A DNA stretch of 64,000 nucleotides from an uncultured bacterium (GCA_937903605.1 CALCZC010000025.1:67275-131274); one strand, 5' to 3'; positions 27,353 through 38,100 are shown, counted from the stretch's first letter. Notes: generated by a model from the sequence alone, not told the origin. Numbers and translations are program-made.

Positions 27353-27931
27353 ATGAAACTAACTCCCAAAATACAAAAAGCCATCAATTACGCCAGTCGT
27401 TTGCATGCCAAACAGATAAGAAAAGGGGATAAAGACCTGCCTTATGTCAGCCATTGCTTCACCGCGGCTTGGATTCTCAATGAATTTACCAAAGACGAAG
27501 ATATTATCGTGGCCGGATTGCTTCACGATGTACTGGAAGATGTTCCGGGTTATGGTTACGAAAGGATGAAAAAAGATTTTGGCGCGCGAGTGGCGAAAAT
27601 AGTCGCCGGTGTTACCGAAGATAAAGATCCCAATAAAAAAGAGAAAGAGAAGCCGTGGATTGAAAGAAAACAGAAATATCTCGAGCATCTCAAAAAAGAT
27701 AGCCGGGAATCCATGATGGTAAGCGCAGCGGATAAAATACACAATTTGCAGTCCATGCGCGATGCTTATTGCGAACAAGGGGAGAAATTGTGGAAGCATT
27801 TCAATGCTACAAAAGAGGAATCTCTTTGGTTTTATGAGCAAGTTTATAAGATTATTAGGGGGAAATTGAGGAATAAAATTGTGGGGGAATTGGGGAAACA
27901 ATTGGCAGGGGCAAAAAAGGAATTTAAATAA
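27353..27931 (+). CDS. HD-domain small alarmone hydrolase, copy 2
   Basis: H..Q.RK, PYVSH, GLLHDVLED and ADKIHN motifs; close paralog of 21755-22342. Confidence 0.88.
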   Translation: MKLTPKIQKAINYASRLHAKQIRKGDKDLPYVSHCFTAAWILNEFTKDEDIIVAGLLHDVLEDVPGYGYERMKKDFGARVAKIVAGVTEDKDPNKKEKEKPWIERKQKYLEHLKKDSRESMMVSAADKIHNLQSMRDAYCEQGEKLWKHFNATKEESLWFYEQVYKIIRGKLRNKIVGELGKQLAGAKKEFK

Positions 27932-27936
27932 TTTTT

Positions 27937-27964
27937 AACACTTCAGCCTGTAGGTTGAAGTGTT
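27937..27964. repeat. Module-boundary palindrome, copy 6
   Basis: AACACTTCAGCCTGTAGGTTGAAGTGTT, identical to copy 5. Confidence 0.9.
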
Positions 27965-27988
27965 TGTTTTGTGTAATTTTGGCCATTT

Positions 27989-28070
27989 TGTCATTCCTGT
28001 GGGCCAAAGGCCTCCCTTTGGGAAAGGCAGAGATCTAGGCACTTGTCATCCCCGCGCAGGCGGGGATCCA
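27989..28070 (+). repeat. Two tandem TGTCAT REPs; first has a GGCCAAAGGCCTCCCTTTGGGA insert
   Basis: 27989-28038 and 28044-28070 (TGTCATCCCCGCGCAGGCGGGGATCCA). Confidence 0.85.
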
Positions 28071-28120
28071 ATGACTAATTTTTCGCAATTTTTCGTATTT
28101 TTATAATTCAAAAATTGGTA

Positions 28121-28149
28121 TTGTAAAAAAGGGGGAAAGAGAGTAAAAT
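28121..28149 (+). promoter_or_regulatory. Module promoter TTGTAA-17-TAAAAT driving the R-M island
   Basis: Spacer ends GGGAAAGAGAG, as at 19378-19388. Confidence 0.7.
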
Positions 28150-28175
28150 ATAGACAACTTATTTAATAAAAATTT

Positions 28176-29105
28176 ATGAAAAGTTATTATCGTATAATGC
28201 TTGGCAAGGGTAGTGTTTATGCCAAAGAAGCAAGGTTAGAAAATTTTATGGGCGCCGGATGGCTTGGTGATATTGATTTAACAAATGAATTACCAGAAAG
28301 TCGAGTTGAATTCAATAAGAAATTCATACCTGTTTATTTAAAAAAACATCCTGATGCAAAGAAAATGTCAGCGGCCCTTGCTTGTGGTATGTTATACACG
28401 ATCGCAAAAGGTATTGTTATTGGTGATATTGTTTTATGTCCGGATGGGTCAGGTAATTATTATTTCGGAGAAGTCATTGGTGATTATCAATATGTGTCGG
28501 GAGTAAACTTACCGCACCGTCGTGCTGTGAAATGGTATTCCAAAATTATTCCCAGAGAAGAAATGAGTCAAGCTTTAAAATATTCCACTGGCGCCATTGG
28601 TACAGTTAGCAATATAACCGATCATGCTTCTGAATTAGAAAAATTGATATCAGGTAATGTTGAAAGTCCGATTGTTGTGACCGACGAGTCAATTGAAGAC
28701 CCAAGTGTATTTATGTTAGAGAAACATCTAGAGGATTTTTTGGTACAAAATTGGAACAATACTGAATTGGGTAAGAATTATAATATTTATGAAGAAGATG
28801 GTGAAATAGTGGGGCAACAATATCCTAGCGATACTGGTCCAATAGATATTTTGGCAATTAGTAAAGATAAAAAAACACTTTTGGTAGTTGAGTTAAAAAA
28901 AGGACGCGCAAGTGATGTGGTGGTCGGCCAAATTCAAAGGTACATGGGTTATGTAAAAGACGAATTAGCAGAAAAAAATCAAGAAATTAAAGGGGTTATA
29001 ATTGCTTTTGAAGATGATATTAAAATTCGCCGTGCTTTATCGGTTGCAAATAACATCGATTTTTATACTTATAAAATTGATTTTAAACTTGAAAAAAATA
29101 AATAA
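28176..29105 (+). CDS. NucS/DUF91-type PD-(D/E)XK endonuclease with an extra N-terminal domain
   Basis: LEKHLEDFL, GPIDILA, VVELKK and VGQIQRYMG motifs. Confidence 0.82.
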   Translation: MKSYYRIMLGKGSVYAKEARLENFMGAGWLGDIDLTNELPESRVEFNKKFIPVYLKKHPDAKKMSAALACGMLYTIAKGIVIGDIVLCPDGSGNYYFGEVIGDYQYVSGVNLPHRRAVKWYSKIIPREEMSQALKYSTGAIGTVSNITDHASELEKLISGNVESPIVVTDESIEDPSVFMLEKHLEDFLVQNWNNTELGKNYNIYEEDGEIVGQQYPSDTGPIDILAISKDKKTLLVVELKKGRASDVVVGQIQRYMGYVKDELAEKNQEIKGVIIAFEDDIKIRRALSVANNIDFYTYKIDFKLEKNK

Positions 29106-29107
29106 TT

Positions 29108-30682
29108 ATGACTAATTTTAATACTTCAAAAGAACAAGAACGTGCCGAGCTTCATCGTGCTATTTGGCAAATTGCTAATGATCTAAGGGGAAGTGTAGAT
29201 GGTTGGGATTTCAAACAATATGTTTTGGGAATTTTGTTTTATAGATTTATTGGTGAAAATCTTTCTAATTATATCAATAAACAACAGAGAAAAGTTAAAG
29301 GGTTTGAAAATTTTGAATATTCAAATTTGAGCGATAAAGAAGCAGAATTGGGTAAAAAAGAAATTGTGTTGGCAAAGGGTTTCTATATTCTTCCAAGTGA
29401 GCTTTTTGTAAATGTTCGTAAAAATGCTAAAAACAATGCAAATTTAAACGAAACTCTTTCAAGAGTTTTTAGTAATATTGAAAATTCTGCAAAAGGTTTT
29501 GATAGTGAGGATGATATAAAAGGGTTATTTGCTGACCTTGATGTCAATTCTCCAAAACTTGGAAATACAGTTGAAAAACGTAATCAAAAATTAGTAAAAC
29601 TTTTAGATGCTATTGGAGATCTTCAATTAGGAAATTACTCTGATAATACTATCGATGCTTTCGGTGATGCTTATGAGTTTTTAATGACCATGTATGCTTC
29701 AAATGCTGGTAAATCTGGAGGTGAATTTTATACACCACAAGAAGTTAGTGAATTACTTGCAAAAATTACGACTGTGGGTAAAAAAGAGGTAAACAAAGTT
29801 TATGATCCATGTTGTGGTTCAGGATCGCTTCTTTTGAAATTTGCCAAAGTTCTTGGTAAAGAAAATGTCCGGCTTGGTTTTTTTGGTCAAGAAATAAATC
29901 TTACCACCTATAATTTGTGTCGTATCAACATGTTTTTACACGATATCAACTATAATCATTTTGATATTGAGCTCGGTGACACACTAACTGATCCCAAACA
30001 TTGGGATGACGAACCTTTTGATGCTATAGTTTCTAACCCGCCTTATTCAATTAATTGGGAAGGGGACGCTAATCCGCTTTTAATAAACGACCCTCGTTTT
30101 TCGCCTGCTGGAGTACTTGCTCCAAAGAGTAAAGCTGATTTGGCTTTCACCATGCACATGCTTTCGTGGCTTTCTACCAGCGGAACGGCGGCGATTGTTG
30201 AATTCCCTGGAGTTCTTTATCGTGGTGGAGCTGAAGCAAAAATCCGCAAATATTTGATTGATAACAATTACGTTGATGCTGTAATACAACTTCCACTAGA
30301 TCTTTTCTTTGGTACAACCATTGCTACTTGTGTTATCGTTTTAAAGAAGAGTAAAAAAGACAATAAGACTTTATTTATCGATGCTTCCGCTGAATTTGTT
30401 CGGGGTGGTAATAAAAATAAATTAAACGAAGAAAATCGTAAAAAGATCCTGAATGCTTTTATAGAAAGAAAAGATATAGAACATTTTGCAAAAATTATAG
30501 ATAACAAAGCTATTGCAGAAAATGATTACAATCTAGCAGTTTCTAGTTATGTGGAGCAAAAAGACACTAGAGAAGCAGTGGACATAAAAGAACTTAATAA
30601 AGAAATTGAGAGAATCGTAAAAAGACAAAGTGAATTAAGGTTGGCAATTGATGAGATTGTGAGGGAGATTGAGGGTAATTAA
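29108..30682 (+). CDS. hsdM: Type I R-M methyltransferase subunit
   Basis: GEFYTP, DPCCGSG (motif I) and NPPY (motif IV). Confidence 0.97.
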   Translation: MTNFNTSKEQERAELHRAIWQIANDLRGSVDGWDFKQYVLGILFYRFIGENLSNYINKQQRKVKGFENFEYSNLSDKEAELGKKEIVLAKGFYILPSELFVNVRKNAKNNANLNETLSRVFSNIENSAKGFDSEDDIKGLFADLDVNSPKLGNTVEKRNQKLVKLLDAIGDLQLGNYSDNTIDAFGDAYEFLMTMYASNAGKSGGEFYTPQEVSELLAKITTVGKKEVNKVYDPCCGSGSLLLKFAKVLGKENVRLGFFGQEINLTTYNLCRINMFLHDINYNHFDIELGDTLTDPKHWDDEPFDAIVSNPPYSINWEGDANPLLINDPRFSPAGVLAPKSKADLAFTMHMLSWLSTSGTAAIVEFPGVLYRGGAEAKIRKYLIDNNYVDAVIQLPLDLFFGTTIATCVIVLKKSKKDNKTLFIDASAEFVRGGNKNKLNEENRKKILNAFIERKDIEHFAKIIDNKAIAENDYNLAVSSYVEQKDTREAVDIKELNKEIERIVKRQSELRLAIDEIVREIEGN

Positions 30683-30688
30683 ATTAAT

Positions 30689-32890
30689 ATGAATAAATTA
30701 AAAGTTAAATTAGAAAATTGTTACGGAATAAAAAAGCTTGAACACGAGTTTGATTTTTCTAATTTTAAAACTTTTGTTATCTATGCACCCAACGGCGTAA
30801 TGAAGACATCATTTGCAAAAACCCTTAGCGATATTGCAAAAGGAGAAAAACCCTGTGATCAAATAGATGATACTTTAACACCAATTTTTAATTTTTTAAT
30901 TGATGATTCTGAAAATCAAATCCAATCAGAAGAAATATGTGTTATAGAGTCATACAACAAAAAAGCGTTTGATTCTGAAGATAAGATTCTTACGCTTCTA
31001 GCAGACGACGAGACCAAAAAGGAATATTTGGCAATATTTAACGAAATTGAATCACTTAAAAAAGCTTCTCTTCCTGGATTAAAAAAAATATCAGGCAGTA
31101 GTAACTACGAATCTGAAATTACAGAAGCATTTTCTAATCTTGATAAGAAAAATATTTTTGAAATTTTTGAGGCCGTTTTAAATGACATTGAAGCATCGAA
31201 AGATTCATTTGAATTTAAATATAACGATGTTTTTGATAAAGGTGGAAAAGTTAAAAAATTTCTGGCAGATAATTTTGCATTATTAAAAGAGTACATTGAA
31301 AAATACAATGATCTGATTAGTAAGTCTACTTTTTTTGCAAAAAATGCCAACCATATTTTTGGAACAACGGAAGCAAAAATTCTTGGTAAGTCGCTTGAGG
31401 GCGATGAATATTTTACTGCTGGGCATAAATTAGTATTAAAATCACATGGGGATGTATCTGCTAAAAATAAATTATCAGAAATAATTGATGAGGAAATTGA
31501 AAAAGTTTTTAATGATAAAGACCTGAAAGATATTTTTGAAAAAATCGATAATTTGCTCAATACTAATAAAGAACTTCAAGCATTTAAGAAGATTATTGAA
31601 AGAGACAATTCAATTTTATTGAGATTAAATAATTACGATGCTTTTAGAAGAGAGGTGTGGTTTAGTTTTTTAAAACAAATTGAGACAAGCATAAAATCAT
31701 TAGTTGAATTATATAATCAGAAAAAGGTTGATTTAGAAAGGATTATACAAAAAGCAAAGGACAGTCAGTCACAATGGGAAAGTGCTATTAAAGAATTTGA
31801 AAACAGATTTGTTAATAATCCATTTACTCTTGAAATTCAAAATAAGGCGGACGCTGTATTAAACGAAAAGACACCAGTAATTGATTTTAAATTTCAAGGA
31901 AAAGATATCGAAAGAAACAATTTGATAGAAAATGTATTGAGCCAAGGAGAGAGACGAGCTTTTTATATTTTAAATGTTATTTTTGAGATTAAATCTCGGC
32001 AGCTACAAAACAAAAAAACATTATTTATTATTGATGACATAGCGGACTCGTTTGATTACAAAAATAAATATGCAATTATTGAATATTTAAATGATTTATC
32101 CAAAGAAGATAATTTCTATTCAATAATTTTAACGCACAACTTTGACTTTTTTAGGACACTTCAATCAAGAATCTTGCAAGATAATAAGTGGAACTATTCT
32201 TTTATAGCAGAAAAACTAACAGATGAAATTAAACTAATTAAAGCAGGTAGTAAAAATGTTACTGACCCATTTACTAACTGGAAAGCAGGTCTTAATAACA
32301 ACAAAAAACATTTAATTGCTTGTATTCCTTTTGTGCGAAATTTGATTGAATTTAAAGATGGACGAAATGATGGATATAAGCTTCTAACGCACACTCTTCA
32401 TAGAAAATCTTTGGACGAAACTATTAAAGCAACCCCAGATATTTCAATTGCTGATCTACAAGCACCGTTTTCGAGTGTTGTGTCTGGTGTTGCATTTACA
32501 TTTACAGACACAAATGAAAAAATTATTGATGTAATTGAGGAACAGATAGCAGTGATAAAAAATGACAGAAATACCGATTCAATTGTTCTAGAAGATAAAA
32601 TTATTTTTGCTATTGGAATAAGATTGAAAGCAGAAGAATATATGTGGTCGAAGGTTACAAACCAAGATCTAATAAACGGATCGCAAACAGGTAAGCTGTT
32701 TCAGCGATACAAAGATCAATTTAAACAAGATCCGACTCATGTTGAAGCTATAAAAATCTTAGAAAGCGTAAATATAATGACTCCTGAGAACATACACCTG
32801 AACTCTTTTATGTATGAACCAATTTTAGATATAGGCATAGATGAGTTAAAGAGTTTACACGATAAGGTTTGCAATTTAATGAATAATTAG
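30689..32890 (+). CDS. ABC/SMC-like ATPase with long coiled insert (RloC-like architecture)
   Basis: Walker A YAPNGVMKTS, signature LSQGE, Walker B IIDD..DSFD, H-loop LTHN. Confidence 0.8.
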   Translation: MNKLKVKLENCYGIKKLEHEFDFSNFKTFVIYAPNGVMKTSFAKTLSDIAKGEKPCDQIDDTLTPIFNFLIDDSENQIQSEEICVIESYNKKAFDSEDKILTLLADDETKKEYLAIFNEIESLKKASLPGLKKISGSSNYESEITEAFSNLDKKNIFEIFEAVLNDIEASKDSFEFKYNDVFDKGGKVKKFLADNFALLKEYIEKYNDLISKSTFFAKNANHIFGTTEAKILGKSLEGDEYFTAGHKLVLKSHGDVSAKNKLSEIIDEEIEKVFNDKDLKDIFEKIDNLLNTNKELQAFKKIIERDNSILLRLNNYDAFRREVWFSFLKQIETSIKSLVELYNQKKVDLERIIQKAKDSQSQWESAIKEFENRFVNNPFTLEIQNKADAVLNEKTPVIDFKFQGKDIERNNLIENVLSQGERRAFYILNVIFEIKSRQLQNKKTLFIIDDIADSFDYKNKYAIIEYLNDLSKEDNFYSIILTHNFDFFRTLQSRILQDNKWNYSFIAEKLTDEIKLIKAGSKNVTDPFTNWKAGLNNNKKHLIACIPFVRNLIEFKDGRNDGYKLLTHTLHRKSLDETIKATPDISIADLQAPFSSVVSGVAFTFTDTNEKIIDVIEEQIAVIKNDRNTDSIVLEDKIIFAIGIRLKAEEYMWSKVTNQDLINGSQTGKLFQRYKDQFKQDPTHVEAIKILESVNIMTPENIHLNSFMYEPILDIGIDELKSLHDKVCNLMNN

Positions 32891-32891
32891 T

Positions 32892-34010
32892 ATGAAAAAA
32901 CACCAATCAAAAATTGAAAAACTAATTTCAGAACTATGCCCTAATGGTGTGGAGTTTAAAATGCTTGGAGAACTAGAAGATGATAATTTGATTAAACTTG
33001 GACGTGGAAATGTAATTTCAAAAACTGATATTACAAACACACCTGGTGATTATCCGGTTTATTCTTCATCTGCAAATGATGAGGGCGAATTTGGCAGGTA
33101 TGGAAAATATATGTTTGATGATGAAAGAATTACGTGGTCAATCGATGGGGGCGGTAGATTTTTTTATAGACAGTCACATAAATATTCTGTAACAAATGTA
33201 TCGGGGTGGTTAAAAGTAAATGATAATAATGTATTAAATTTACGTTATTTGTATTTTGTTCTGTCAAATGCTTGGTTAACAAAAGTTTTTGATTATACAA
33301 AAAAAGCTCATCCTTCAGTAATTAGAGAAGAGTACAAAATCCCTATTCCACCTCTTGCAATTCAAGAAGAAATTGTAAAAATTCTTAATAGTTTTACGGA
33401 GCTGGAAGCGGAGCTGGAAGCGGAGCTGGAAGTAAGAAAGAAACAGTATGATTATTACCATAAAGAACTTTTTGATTTAAGGGATGATTTCGAATTAAAA
33501 ACACTTGGGGATATTTACGAATTTCAATATGGAGAAGGAAATACTATTCCTACTTCAGGGGATAAATTTCCAGTATATGGAAGTAATGGTATTGTTGGTT
33601 CTCATGAAAAATTCAACAGTGAAGATGCTCCGGTGATTGGACATATTGGAGCTTACGCAGGAATAGTAAATTGGGCTCAAGGAAAACACTTTGTTACATA
33701 CAACGGAGTTATTTGTAAAATCAAGCCAGGAGTTAATCCAAGGTTTGGTTATCATCTGTTGATTCTCCAAGATTTTAGATCAAAAGCAAACGCAGGGTCT
33801 CAACCTTTTGTTTCTTACGACATGCTTAGAAAAACCGAAGTAAAAATACCTCCTATTTTAATACAAAATAAAATTGCAGATGTCCTTGATAAATTTGATG
33901 CACTTGTAAACGATATTTCAGTTGGTTTGCCTGCCGAGCTCAAAGCACGTAGGTCACAATACGAATATTATAGAAATAAACTTCTTGATTTTAAAGAGTT
34001 AGAAAAATAA
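32892..34010 (+). CDS. hsdS: Type IC specificity subunit
   Basis: LCPNGVEFK, IPIPPLAIQEEIV, ELEA repeats and GLPAELKARRSQYEYYRNKLL. Confidence 0.95.
   Translation: MKKHQSKIEKLISELCPNGVEFKMLGELEDDNLIKLGRGNVISKTDITNTPGDYPVYSSSANDEGEFGRYGKYMFDDERITWSIDGGGRFFYRQSHKYSVTNVSGWLKVNDNNVLNLRYLYFVLSNAWLTKVFDYTKKAHPSVIREEYKIPIPPLAIQEEIVKILNSFTELEAELEAELEVRKKQYDYYHKELFDLRDDFELKTLGDIYEFQYGEGNTIPTSGDKFPVYGSNGIVGSHEKFNSEDAPVIGHIGAYAGIVNWAQGKHFVTYNGVICKIKPGVNPRFGYHLLILQDFRSKANAGSQPFVSYDMLRKTEVKIPPILIQNKIADVLDKFDALVNDISVGLPAELKARRSQYEYYRNKLLDFKELEK
33397..33432 (+). repeat. Perfect 12-bp tandem repeat x3 within hsdS
   Basis: CGGAGCTGGAAG x3. Confidence 0.95.
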
Positions 34011-34011
34011 T

Positions 34012-35166
34012 ATGGTTGAATTCGACTCAATCTCTGAATTGTTTGTTAATATAAAAAATGATTTATTATCAGATATTGATAAAAAGAGTATTGCTTTACT
34101 TTATGCTTTTAATTCTACTGGTAAGACAAGGCTTTCTATTGAGTTTGATGAATTAAACGAAAATGATAATGGTTATATTAAAGTACTATCTTATAATGCT
34201 TTTTTAGAAGACCTGTTTGTCTGGGATAATAAGAACCTTGTCTTAAATTTTAGTCCGGATGATTGGCGGATAAGATTTATTCAGGATCAAGGTTTAGAAA
34301 ATAAAATTGTAGAGAATTTTAAATTATTTACTAATTCAAAAGTTGAGCCTATCTTTGAAATTGAAACACATAGAGCAGAGCTCGATAAATTTATATTAGA
34401 CAAATCTAAACTAGGTGGAAATAAGATAGGAAAAATTTCTTTTTTTATTGCTTCAGGAGATGGAAAAAATAAAGATAGCATAAAAATTTCTAAAAGTGAA
34501 GAAAGTATACTGATATGGTCTGTTTTTTATTCTATTTTAGAGATTGTTATAGAAGAATTAAATACACCAGAAGAACATCGTTCAACTAATCTTTTTAATC
34601 ACCTTGAATATATTGTAATAGATGATCCTGTTTCTTCGATCGATGATGAAAGAATTATTTCTTTAGCAGTAAAATTATGTAGGACTATAAAGTTAAATGA
34701 AAATAGAAAAATAAACTTTTTAATAACCACACATCACGCTTTATTTTTTAATGTTTTATTTAATTCTTTCAAAAAATTTCAAAAATCTGATGTAAAAAAA
34801 TATTGTTATATTTTATCAAAAAATGGTAATATTTTTATATTAGAAAGCCAGAAAGATGATTCACCGTTTGCATATCATATTTTAGTTAAAAATAAGCTTA
34901 AAGAAGCAATAAAAAATGGAAGTCTTGAAAAATACCATTTTAATTTATTTAGAACTTTATTAGAAAAAACGGCAAATTTTTTAGGATATACTGATTGGGG
35001 TGAGTGTATTTATAAAGAAGAAAACAGAGAAGAAGTTAAAAGACTTATTAATTTATATAGTCATAGCAAATTATCAGAATTGGAAAGTGGAAGTTTAAGT
35101 AATGCTGATAAAGAGTTGTTTGCAAATACTTTTAATTCTTTTATGGAAGATTTTAAATATAAATAA
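34012..35166 (+). CDS. prrC: PrrC-family anticodon nuclease (ABC ATPase + HEPN)
   Basis: YAFNSTGKTRLS, DDPVSS, TTHH, FNLFRTLLEK and RLINLYSH; lies between hsdS and hsdR as in EcoprrI. Confidence 0.85.
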   Translation: MVEFDSISELFVNIKNDLLSDIDKKSIALLYAFNSTGKTRLSIEFDELNENDNGYIKVLSYNAFLEDLFVWDNKNLVLNFSPDDWRIRFIQDQGLENKIVENFKLFTNSKVEPIFEIETHRAELDKFILDKSKLGGNKIGKISFFIASGDGKNKDSIKISKSEESILIWSVFYSILEIVIEELNTPEEHRSTNLFNHLEYIVIDDPVSSIDDERIISLAVKLCRTIKLNENRKINFLITTHHALFFNVLFNSFKKFQKSDVKKYCYILSKNGNIFILESQKDDSPFAYHILVKNKLKEAIKNGSLEKYHFNLFRTLLEKTANFLGYTDWGECIYKEENREEVKRLINLYSHSKLSELESGSLSNADKELFANTFNSFMEDFKYK

Positions 35167-35169
35167 ATT

Positions 35170-38100
35170 ATGTCTAAAAATAATAATTACAATTTAGTTG
35201 CAGAAAATACACAAAGCACGGTTGTCGCCGAGTATGTTTCTGGTACAAAAAGATTATCACAATATCAAAGTGAAGATGCTTTAGAAAAAGCTTTTATTAA
35301 ACAATTAGAATCTCAGGCGTATGAATATATTGCGATTAAATCCGAAAATGATTTGATTCTTAATCTTCGCAAACAACTTGAAAAGTTAAATAGTTATACT
35401 TTTTCTGATGCAGAATGGGATAGATTTTTTACGAGCGAAATAGCAAATCCAAATCAGAGTATTGAAGAAAAAACTGCAACTATACAAGAAAATGAAGTAA
35501 AAAATTTATATGGTGATGATGGAAAATTTAAAAGAAATATAACTCTTTTAGATAAGAAAAATATTCACAACAACAGTCTGCAAGTCATCAATCAGTACGT
35601 CACCGAAGACGGACAAAGATCGAATCGTTATGATGTGACGGTATTGGTAAATGGATTACCGCTTATACACATTGAATTAAAACGTCGTGGAGTTGCTATT
35701 CAAGAAGCATTTAACCAAATAAACAGATATCAAAGAGAGAGTTTTTGGGCTTCAAGTGGTCTTTTTGAATATGTGCAATTGTTTGTAATATCTAATGGAA
35801 CACATACAAAATATTACAGCAATACAACAAGATCACAACACGTCAAAGAATCTCAAGAGGGTTCTAAAAATAAAGGAAAGAAGACCAGTAATAGTTTTGA
35901 ATTTACAAGTTGGTGGGCTGATGCAACAAATAGACCAATCACTGATTTGATGGACTTTGCAAAAACATTTTTTGCAAAGCATGCGATTTTGAATATTCTG
36001 ACGAAGTATTGCGTATTTACGACCGATCGCCTTTTGCTTGTTATGCGACCGTATCAAATCGTAGCAACAGAAAGAATTTTAAATCGCATTGAAGTTAGTA
36101 CAAATTATAAAAAACTTGGCACCACCGAAGCGGGTGGCTATATTTGGCACACCACAGGGTCAGGAAAGACTCTGACGAGTTTTAAAACTGCTCAATTGGC
36201 AAGTAAATTGTCATATGTAGATAAAGTATTGTTTGTGGTAGATCGTAAGGATTTGGACTATCAAACAATGAAAGAATATGACAAGTTTGAAAAAGGTGCG
36301 GCGAACAGCAATACGAGCACTGCGGTTTTAAAGAAACAACTGGAGGATTCAAATTCTAGAATTATTATCACAACAATTCAAAAACTTGATAGATTTATTG
36401 CCAAAAATTCTAGTCACACTATTTTTGATGGTCATATCGTAATTATTTTTGACGAGTGTCATCGTTCGCAATTTGGTGAAATGCATTCGAGTATTATAAA
36501 ATCATTTAATAATTATCACTTATTTGGATTTACTGGAACACCAATATTTTCTAAGAATGCTTCAGCTGGTGGCAGACCTGATTTCAAGACCACAGAGCAG
36601 GCTTTTGGTGAAAAATTACACACTTATACAATAGTTGATGCTATTTCTGATAAGAATGTTTTACCGTTTAAAGTTGATTATGTTTCAACTGTTAAAGAAG
36701 CAGAAAATATTGAAGACGCTCAAGTAAAAGATATTGACCGTGAAGCGGTATTATCCGCTCCAGAACGATTAGAAAATATTGTTCGCTATATTCGTGAACA
36801 TTTTGATCAGAAAACTAAAAGAAATAGTTTTTATAAAATTCAAGATAGAAGATTAGCGGGGTTTAATTCTGTTTTTGCAGTTTCTTCTATTGAGGTAGCA
36901 AAGAAATATTATCTTGAATTTAAAAGACAGTTGGCAGATGAACCGAGTGATAAAAAATTAAAAGTCGCCACAATATTTAGTTTTGGAGTAAATGACGAGG
37001 ATATAGACGGAATGATTGATGAAAATTCTGAAGATACAAGTGGTTTAGACGTAAGTTCAAGAGAGTTTCTTGAAAGTGCTATCAAAGATTATAATAAAAT
37101 GTTTGGAACGTCTTATGACACTTCATCTGAAAAATTTCAAAATTACTATAAAGATGTTAGTGAAAAAGTAAAAAAACGAGAAATAGACATCTTAATTGTG
37201 GTTAATATGTTTTTAACTGGTTTTGATGCTACTACTTTAAATACTTTGTGGGTAGATAAGAATTTGAGATTGCATGGATTACTTCAGGCATATTCAAGAA
37301 CTAACCGTATATTAAATAGTATTAAAACTTTTGGAAATATTGTTTGTTTTAGAAACCTAGAAAAAGCTACTAATGAAGCGATTGCTTTATTTGGAGATAA
37401 AGAAGCCGGTGGAATCGTATTACTTAAAGCATATGAGGATTACTACAATGGGTATAAAGAAGGTAATAAAGAAGTTCGAGGATACAAAAGTTTTGTTAAT
37501 GAACTACTTGCAAAGTTTCCAATCGGAGAAAGAATTATTGGAGAACAAAATCAAAAAGATTTTATAAAATTATACGGAGCAATTTTGAGAGTCAAAAATA
37601 TTTTAGCTACTTTCGATGAATTTAATGGTAATGAAATATTATCTGATAGAGATGTGCAAGATTATCATAGTATGTATATTGATTTATACAATGAATTCCG
37701 CAAAGCCGATGATTCTGAGAAAGAAAACATTAATGACGATATTGTTTTTGAAATGGAACTTATCAAACAAGTTGAAATTAACATTGATTATGTTCTTGGT
37801 CTTATAAAAATATATCATGAGGATCATGTAAAAAATAAAGAACTTTTGATAGATATTAATAAAGCAATTGATTCGAGTGTGGAATTGCGTAATAAAAAAG
37901 ATTTGATCAATCAGTTTATTACTTCCCTTGATGTTCATTCTATCATTGATGAAGATTGGCAAAAGTTTGTGGAAGAGAAAAAAGTCCAAGAATTAGAACA
38001 AATTATTGAAACTGAAAATCTTGATCATGAAGCTACATATAAATTTATAAAAAACTCTTTTAGAGATGGTAATATACCGATTACAGGAACCGCTATAAGT

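Noticed and set aside
21776-27901. Similar antisense ORFs 21776-22183 and 27359-27901 as a gene family
   Set aside because: They are shadows of the two paralogous HD genes on the opposite strand.
19225-27964. CRISPR array made of the 26-28 bp palindromes
   Set aside because: Copies are 1-3 kb apart with whole genes between them. There are no cas1/cas2 or effector genes, and the Cas4-like nuclease at 40948 is stand-alone.
19225-27964. Canonical integron attC sites
   Set aside because: Too short, GTT is followed by T-runs rather than RRRY, no extrahelical-base pattern, modules carry their own promoters, and there is no intI in the window.
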